Assembly (NCBI GenBank): GCA_963641445.1
Contig: CAVIBR010000001.1
Coordinates: forward strand, 244,920 to 308,919
DNA from: Bacteroides uniformis
Lineage (GTDB): Bacteria > Bacillota_I > Bacilli_A > RFN20 > CAG-826
Length of the DNA stretch: 64,000 bases
Reading direction: 5' to 3'
Positions 58,494 through 64,000 of the stretch are shown here, piece by piece (position 1 is the stretch's first letter; each line of letters starts with the position of its first letter). The notes beneath the pieces are model-generated. The model was not told where the DNA came from, did not search any database, and saw only the letters and a program-made list of their open reading frames with translations. The position numbers and the translations under genes were made by a program.

Positions 58494-59075
58494 ATGAAAA
58501 AACATCAAAAGGTGTTATTAGGATTGATGGTCCTAGGCCTTGCTGGCGGTGTCGGCACGGCTGTAGCGTTGACCCGTAACGCGGCAACGGATTCAACCGG
58601 CGGTGGCTTAGATCAAGCTATCTATCTAAATTGGGGTAATGAGGTCCAAAATTCCGAAGCACAAGCAACAGTCGAAAACTTAGTTGCAAAAGCTCCTCAG
58701 TATCGTTATCTTGTTGTAACAACAAAGGCAACGAATTTATTAAAAGGAAATGTCACATTAACATTTACTGCGGCAACTGAAGAAGATACCGTCATGACTG
58801 GCTTAACGATTGACGTATATTCCGTTACAACTGAAAAAACTTCGACCTTCGTTACTTCAACTGAAGAAGGTATTGCACCAGACAAACTTGAAGGAACGAT
58901 TTCCGAAACGAACAAAACCGTAACATCAAAATTCGCTGTTGATGGAACAGCAGCAACGAGCTTAACTCATTACTACACGTTGGTCTTCACATGGGATGGC
59001 ACATCGCCTGAAGATGCAAACAAATCAATTGGCGCGAATCTAACAGTTTCACAGGATTTCGCTATTGCAGAATAA
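58494..59075 (+). CDS. Secreted protein with SipW-cognate-like signal peptide (TasA/TapA-like small subunit candidate)
   Basis: MKKHQKVLLGLMVLGLAGGVGTAVALT resembles TasA/camelysin signal (…GGGTWAAFND); mature part beta-rich T/V-rich ~160 aa; first gene of cluster with sipW. Confidence 0.45.
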   Translation: MKKHQKVLLGLMVLGLAGGVGTAVALTRNAATDSTGGGLDQAIYLNWGNEVQNSEAQATVENLVAKAPQYRYLVVTTKATNLLKGNVTLTFTAATEEDTVMTGLTIDVYSVTTEKTSTFVTSTEEGIAPDKLEGTISETNKTVTSKFAVDGTAATSLTHYYTLVFTWDGTSPEDANKSIGANLTVSQDFAIAE

Positions 59076-59089
59076 AGGAGCTATAGATT

Positions 59090-60187
59090 ATGAAAAAGAT
59101 GAATAAATTTATTGTCGCAGCTTCTTTAACTGCTGGTGTTGTTGGCTGCTTTGGAGCAGCGTTTGCTCTCTACAAAAAGGCCGAAAATCCATTAAATATT
59201 GGTATTGGCAAAGTCACCACCCACGGTGACTCGACTGCCGTAATCAATTACTCATTTGGCGATGGCGTTACTGCGTACAAAGATGAAGCTTTGGAAAATA
59301 CAATTAGTTTAAAAGATAACGTTATTTCACCTGAAATTAATAAAGTTTATCTTAAAGTTCCTCTTCAATTCAAATATACAACCGAAGATGCAAGCTTCAC
59401 TAGCCAAGGAACAACCGTTGGCCGTTTCTCAGTAACTGTTGATATTAATGAAAAAGTCAGAACTGCAGGCAACGTAGTAGTTGGAGCTAAACTTTGCGGG
59501 TATGAAAAAGTTACCATAACAGGCGACGACCAGCAGAACTACGATGTAGATACATATTTTACAGCCGAAAAAACAAAGAATTTCTTCGATACTACATTTA
59601 ATAATGAAACTACAACTAAAGTAACGAAGTATATAGATACAGCAGTTGATAAAACCAGCATTTATTGTGTTATCTCAATTGATATGAGTGCCGCTATGAC
59701 TGATGATAATTATAAATATTATGACTTAGTCAACGAACTTAAAGACGGAAATGCTTTCGATGTTTCTCTTAATTGGGAAGGCTATAAGAGCACTCTTGCG
59801 AACTTTGATACTAAACTTGTACCTAATGCATATGTCCGTGGCGACTATAGCGACTGGGGAATACGCGAAGGATATCAAATGGTTCCAAATATCAAAGGAC
59901 GTGTAAATATCGGTTCCGATGATAGCCATTGGGAATGGGGCGTTGAATGGACCTATAAGATCTTAAAGAACTTCAGTGTTATTAAGGTATACGACGAAAG
60001 TGATACTTTAGTTAATGACAGCGGCTGGGTTTATTGCAGAGGTGTAGCAGCAGGCTCTGGAGCTACTAAAGAAGACAATGGTAATGCCAAGCTTGATAGC
60101 GAAAAGACTTATGACATCTATTACAAGCGTAATTGCAAAACTGAAGCTGGCTTCTGGGTCGACCCTGGTTCTGAAAGCGTAGACTAG
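59090..60187 (+). CDS. Secreted TasA/camelysin-like protein candidate with C-terminal Trp-rich beta domain
   Basis: Signal ...GVVGCFGAAFALYKKAENPLNIGIGK (AAFA-Y motif as in SipW substrates; shares A-x-A-x-Y-(x4)-N-x-NIGI with 60903 gene); RBS AAGGAG. Confidence 0.45.
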   Translation: MKKMNKFIVAASLTAGVVGCFGAAFALYKKAENPLNIGIGKVTTHGDSTAVINYSFGDGVTAYKDEALENTISLKDNVISPEINKVYLKVPLQFKYTTEDASFTSQGTTVGRFSVTVDINEKVRTAGNVVVGAKLCGYEKVTITGDDQQNYDVDTYFTAEKTKNFFDTTFNNETTTKVTKYIDTAVDKTSIYCVISIDMSAAMTDDNYKYYDLVNELKDGNAFDVSLNWEGYKSTLANFDTKLVPNAYVRGDYSDWGIREGYQMVPNIKGRVNIGSDDSHWEWGVEWTYKILKNFSVIKVYDESDTLVNDSGWVYCRGVAAGSGATKEDNGNAKLDSEKTYDIYYKRNCKTEAGFWVDPGSESVD

Positions 60188-60208
60188 TTTCTTATTTTCC
60201 GCATCTTT

Positions 60209-60874
60209 ATGAAAAAGAAGCAAAAGAGAAAAAATAAAGTTATTTCGATAATTGGCGAGGTGCTCTTATGGGCTCTCGCTCTCTTTTGTGTTTCCGTTTC
60301 ACTTGTAAGCACGATTGACACACATACAAACTATTCGTGTTCTTACTTTGGATTAAGAACATCGGTCATTGTTTCTAATTCAATGGCTAATGCCAATCCA
60401 GAGAACACTTATTTAGATTCTTCGATGACTCGGATAAACAAATATGATGTTATAACCGCTAAAGAGGTCTCATATGATGATATATCTCTTTATGACGTCG
60501 TCCTTCATGTTGAGGGAAACAATCTTATTTGTCACCGAGTCATCGATAAGTATCAAGACAATGGAACATCGTATTTAGTCACCCGTGGTGATTCAAATAA
60601 CGTTAATGACGCTCCATTTGCTTACTCATCGTGTAGAGGCAAAGTCATCAATGTTATTCCAAATATAGGAGAAATGGTTCTCTTCCTTCAAAGTGGTTAT
60701 TTCTTCCTAGCCTTATTCTTCTCGATATTCCTTGTCGCTGGAACTCTCTTTACGATCTCTTTTGTTTCTGAAAAGAAAAAAGCTAAGGCAATAAGCCAAT
60801 CTAATACCAATGCTGATATAATTGACGTTGAGATAAATAAAGAAGATCCTTCAAAAGAAAACAAAGAAGAATAA
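60209..60874 (+). CDS. sipW: SipW-type (archaeal/ER-type) signal peptidase I, S26 family
   Basis: N-terminal TM, catalytic Ser box VSNSMAN (SxSMxP-like), conserved HRV...TRGDSNNVNDA (GDNN-x-D box), and a C-terminal TM as in B. subtilis SipW. Confidence 0.7.
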   Translation: MKKKQKRKNKVISIIGEVLLWALALFCVSVSLVSTIDTHTNYSCSYFGLRTSVIVSNSMANANPENTYLDSSMTRINKYDVITAKEVSYDDISLYDVVLHVEGNNLICHRVIDKYQDNGTSYLVTRGDSNNVNDAPFAYSSCRGKVINVIPNIGEMVLFLQSGYFFLALFFSIFLVAGTLFTISFVSEKKKAKAISQSNTNADIIDVEINKEDPSKENKEE

Positions 60875-60902
60875 CTCTCATTTTATTACAGAGGAAAACG
60901 TT

Positions 60903-62246
60903 ATGAAAAAATGCAATAGAATCATATTGCCGATTTCTGTCATATCTTTTTCCTTTGCCTTAATTTCTCTTAACCATGCTCTTGCAACATATATGAATAC
61001 TGCAAGTAACATCAATATAGGCATATCAGGAGTTACTCCAAGTTATTATCTTGAGTGGAATAGTGGCGAAAAAGAAACGTTAGCTAGTGATGGTTCAACC
61101 ACTCAATATAGCAAAACGGTTAATATATCTGAAACAGGCAGCTATTCATATAAAATAGTCGATATTAACAATAATGAAATATTCTCTCAATCATCGTTTG
61201 ACGTGGGTTTGACCGGGGATTTTTCAATTTCTTTTGATTCTGAAACAAAGAAATCATCCATAACTTATTCATTCTCAGTCCTAGATCATGGAAAAGTATT
61301 TGGCGAAGGGATGTATTGCTATGCAAGTGAAAACGATCCAACCGCAGTCGGGCATAAGATAATTGGAAGTTTCTGCAACTGGTCGTTAGGATCTTCTAGT
61401 GCTGTTCAAATGTCAAATAATCCTAATAATTCTGATGATAAAGGGATGGCGAGACATGTCTATCTTGCAAACGGAAACACATTTAAGCTCGTTGATTCAA
61501 ATGGAACTTATTATGGCTATTCGAAGTTAAAATCAGCAAATGATTTTGATGACTTTGGAAATTGCTTTAGCGAAGACACAAATTCAGATTCTAATATAAC
61601 TGTAACTAAATCCGGATATTATGATTTTTGCTATGCTTCAGATGGAAATTTATATGTTTCTAAGAGCGATGAAGCGGAATACATTCAAGGAACCACCGAT
61701 GGGATAATTACAACATTCACGCTAGATGCAACCAAATACGCTTCATCCAATACATATTTGTCTTTTTATGGAAACGAAACAGCTAAACATAGTGGAACAG
61801 CGGATATAGCATATTTATTCTCTTCAGAAACTAATGCTACATGTCTAATGACAAAGGATATCTATTTGAACCCTGGAAAATGGAATACCGCTAGTGCTTG
61901 GTTTATGGCTGGAGTTGGTTCAACAAACTCTTCAAAGACAAATTACGTTAAAATGGTACAAAACGGAGACACTTATTATTCTATGAGTTTGCTAACTTCG
62001 GATGCGTATGCTGATTTCTATCGCATGAATAGTGAGTATGATAAATCCGATCCAAAGTATAATGATCCATCTTATAAATGGAATATGGTTAGCTCATTAT
62101 CCGATGGAAAAGATATTGATGTTGCAAATTATTCCTGCTTCTCAATAATTGAAAATTCAGGTGGATCATGGACTGAAAATGATTGCTCAATAACATCCAT
62201 TCCAACAGGACTCCCTCAATATAGTCCTATTCCATATATTAACTAA
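60903..62246 (+). CDS. Secreted protein with SipW-cognate-like signal and two putative CBM25/26-like starch-binding modules
   Basis: Signal ...LNHALATYMNTASNINIGISG; motifs IGSFCNWS...YLANGNTFKLVDSNGTYYG and YLSFYGNE...AYLFS...LMTKD...GKWNTASAW...VQNGDTYYS resemble CBM25/26 (VYF..W..Y.YFW...MTKD..GW...NNG...YY). Confidence 0.45.
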   Translation: MKKCNRIILPISVISFSFALISLNHALATYMNTASNINIGISGVTPSYYLEWNSGEKETLASDGSTTQYSKTVNISETGSYSYKIVDINNNEIFSQSSFDVGLTGDFSISFDSETKKSSITYSFSVLDHGKVFGEGMYCYASENDPTAVGHKIIGSFCNWSLGSSSAVQMSNNPNNSDDKGMARHVYLANGNTFKLVDSNGTYYGYSKLKSANDFDDFGNCFSEDTNSDSNITVTKSGYYDFCYASDGNLYVSKSDEAEYIQGTTDGIITTFTLDATKYASSNTYLSFYGNETAKHSGTADIAYLFSSETNATCLMTKDIYLNPGKWNTASAWFMAGVGSTNSSKTNYVKMVQNGDTYYSMSLLTSDAYADFYRMNSEYDKSDPKYNDPSYKWNMVSSLSDGKDIDVANYSCFSIIENSGGSWTENDCSITSIPTGLPQYSPIPYIN

Positions 62247-62261
62247 AGGAGATAAACAAAT

Positions 62262-64000
62262 ATGAAGAAAAAGAATCTAAATATCTTATTATTCACAGGA
62301 TTATTGCTAAGCATTTTTTCCTGTTCTCCTTCGAATGATACTAGTAGCAATACTACCGACGAAACTATCTCCTCAAAAGAAGAAGGAACAAGTGAAAGCC
62401 CATTATCTTCATCAACTTCATCTAGTACAAGTTCTTCATTATCAAAGAAAGATGACGATCCAGATATTTCTGAAAAATTCACCGGAATAGTAAGAATTTA
62501 TTTCCATGATGATGGAGGAACAGAAAAAAACAAAGCAATCTATTGCTGGATTTCAGGCGTAGACGGAACAGAATATGCCTGGGATGGAGAAGAAGATGGT
62601 TATGGCACATACAAAGATATCGACCTTTCTGATCCTAAATTCATCGATAAAGTAACAGATGATTTCTATTTCATCATCAAATATCCCGCAACATGGGATG
62701 GGCAAAGCGATGATATCAAAATCGTTCTTTCTGATTATCTAAAGAATGGTGAAGTAGATACCCTAGAAAATGGTAAAAAAAGAATAAATGTTTTCGCTTG
62801 CGATGAAGGAGGAGGAAACTACGTTACCTATTACCATAAAGCAGACGCACTTGGTTTCCGTTTTGGCACAGCAACCATAGAAAAAGACTGGAAAACATTA
62901 AAGGTAACTTGCACTGGCAAATGTGTTTCCTATTCACTATATGCACTTGATGGAGCCTTTGCTGCTAAAAAGATAGCAGTAACCGATCCAGAAGCCAATC
63001 TAAGTTCATACCTCATAAAAGAAGACAAACCTAACGTTGATTCTTTTGAACTTGATCTGACTTCCTTAAGCTATCCAACAGGTAGAGCAGTAACAGTAAG
63101 ACCAAACCTTACTTTCATGCTTATTGGTCATTTTGAAGACGCTCCAGAGAAAACAAAAACCAAAGCAGTTTCTTTCGATAAGCTTTTTGATACCGATAAA
63201 TTCATCTCTGATTACACCTATTCCGGCGATGATTTAGGCGTGACATATAGCAAAGAACGTACCGAATGGAAGCTTTGGAGTCCACTTTCAGTTAAAGCTG
63301 ATTTAGTCCTCTATAGAGACGGAACCCCTAAAGCGCTTGTCACCGATAATTCCGGCGGATGGAATGATTTTGCCTATAAAGTAGAATCAATGAGATATGA
63401 CTCAAACGGAGTATACGTTGCTGCATTAAAAGGGGACTGGTCTGGATATTTCTATCAGTATCGTCTCTATTACAACGGAACGTATGTTGATACACCTGAC
63501 CCATATGCCACCTCGTGTGGGCTTAATGGAGTTCGCTCTGCTGTAACTGATTTCTCCTCCCTCAACCCAACTGGATGGGATGATATTTCCTATACAGCCT
63601 TATCTTCTCCAACGGAATTAACTCCTTATGAAGTTCATATTAGAGATCTGACATCTCACTCAACTTGGATCTCTAGAAAAGGAAATGAAAGAGGAGGATA
63701 TAACGCCTTCCACGAAAAAGGAACGGGGTTTAACGGGGTAAAAACGGGTTTTGACCATATAAAAGAGTTAGGAGTCAATGCAGTTCAACTCTTACCAGTC
63801 TTTGATCAAGATAATGATGAAAGAACATTGACCGATAAGAATGGCGTAGTCCATAAACCTAACTATAACTGGGGATATAATCCAGCTAACTATAACTGTG
63901 TGGAAGGATCCTATTCCTCAAACCCAAGCGATCCAAATGTCCGTGTCAAAGAATTCAAATCTCTAATTAAAGATTATGCTGATGAAGGAATAAGAGTAAT
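62262..64000 (+). CDS. Type I pullulanase (GH13) lipoprotein, 3'-truncated by window end; not present in supplied ORF track
   Basis: ATG 62262 after AAGGAG; signal+lipobox IFSC|S, Ser-rich linker; pullulanase signature YEVHIRDLT (YN/E-x-H-x-RD), GYNAFHEKGTG, NWGYNP; open through 64000. Confidence 0.8.
   Translation, partial: MKKKNLNILLFTGLLLSIFSCSPSNDTSSNTTDETISSKEEGTSESPLSSSTSSSTSSSLSKKDDDPDISEKFTGIVRIYFHDDGGTEKNKAIYCWISGVDGTEYAWDGEEDGYGTYKDIDLSDPKFIDKVTDDFYFIIKYPATWDGQSDDIKIVLSDYLKNGEVDTLENGKKRINVFACDEGGGNYVTYYHKADALGFRFGTATIEKDWKTLKVTCTGKCVSYSLYALDGAFAAKKIAVTDPEANLSSYLIKEDKPNVDSFELDLTSLSYPTGRAVTVRPNLTFMLIGHFEDAPEKTKTKAVSFDKLFDTDKFISDYTYSGDDLGVTYSKERTEWKLWSPLSVKADLVLYRDGTPKALVTDNSGGWNDFAYKVESMRYDSNGVYVAALKGDWSGYFYQYRLYYNGTYVDTPDPYATSCGLNGVRSAVTDFSSLNPTGWDDISYTALSSPTELTPYEVHIRDLTSHSTWISRKGNERGGYNAFHEKGTGFNGVKTGFDHIKELGVNAVQLLPVFDQDNDERTLTDKNGVVHKPNYNWGYNPANYNCVEGSYSSNPSDPNVRVKEFKSLIKDYADEGIRV

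Noticed and set aside
58379-58579. 66-aa ORF (MLKIFTNKCCKLEGGG...) in ORF track
   Set aside because: It reads straight through the poly-G promoter spacer (GGG codons) and overlaps the RBS/start of the 58494 gene in another frame. No RBS; a non-coding regulatory region is far more plausible.
62243-62482. 79-aa minus-strand ORF
   Set aside because: Antisense to the 5' end of the strongly supported pullulanase lipoprotein gene (Ser-rich linker region gives spurious antisense ORFs).

Overview
This is a densely coding, AT-rich chromosomal window from a low-GC Gram-positive anaerobe (Firmicutes-like; ribosome-binding sites are AGGAGG-type, some genes use GTG/TTG starts, and there are many Ser-rich lipoproteins with L-x-G-C lipoboxes). 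I saw no rRNA, tRNA, CRISPR array, transposase or integrase. The content by region is:

- **0-9 kb:** a copZ metallochaperone, a GPH-family sugar symporter + GH3 beta-glucosidase + GT2 operon (both transporter and GH3 carry unusual C-terminal tails), recN and a thioredoxin-like gene.
- **9-18 kb:** a yybP-ykoY (Mn2+) riboswitch in front of a PMR1-type P-type ATPase, DegV, a cupin, and a domain-permuted surface-anchored GH3.
- **18-20 kb:** an AlbA_2/Schlafen-type ATP-binding regulator-like gene preceded by two unusual tandem-repeat arrays.
- **20-28 kb:** an AraC-regulated GH2 (beta-glucuronidase-like) next to a complete glucuronate pathway (uxuA, SDR uxuB-like, uxaC, eda, kdgK).
- **28-38 kb:** a surface lipoprotein island with two ~820-aa Ser-rich lipoproteins, three tandemly duplicated ~260-aa paralogous lipoproteins with duplicated upstream regions and terminators, and an orphan FtsX-like permease.
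- **38-47 kb:** tdk, an unusual 516-aa DEDDh exonuclease with novel flanking domains, a eukaryote-like GH5 exo-beta-1,3-glucanase, gpsA, type III glutamine synthetase and tex.
- **47-53 kb:** on the minus strand a BMP-family nucleoside ABC importer under a guanine riboswitch, then hpt.
- **53-58 kb:** a DUF4143 AAA ATPase, a MATE exporter and cysK-cysE.
- **58-64 kb (the most notable locus):** a SipW-type signal peptidase with three secreted proteins carrying SipW-cognate/TasA-like signal peptides, one of them with CBM25/26-like starch-binding motifs. The promoter has an 8-G homopolymer inside a 19-nt -35/-10 spacer (candidate phase-variation switch) and twin 12-bp palindromic operators upstream. 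A lipoprotein pullulanase follows and runs off the window end; it is absent from the ORF track.
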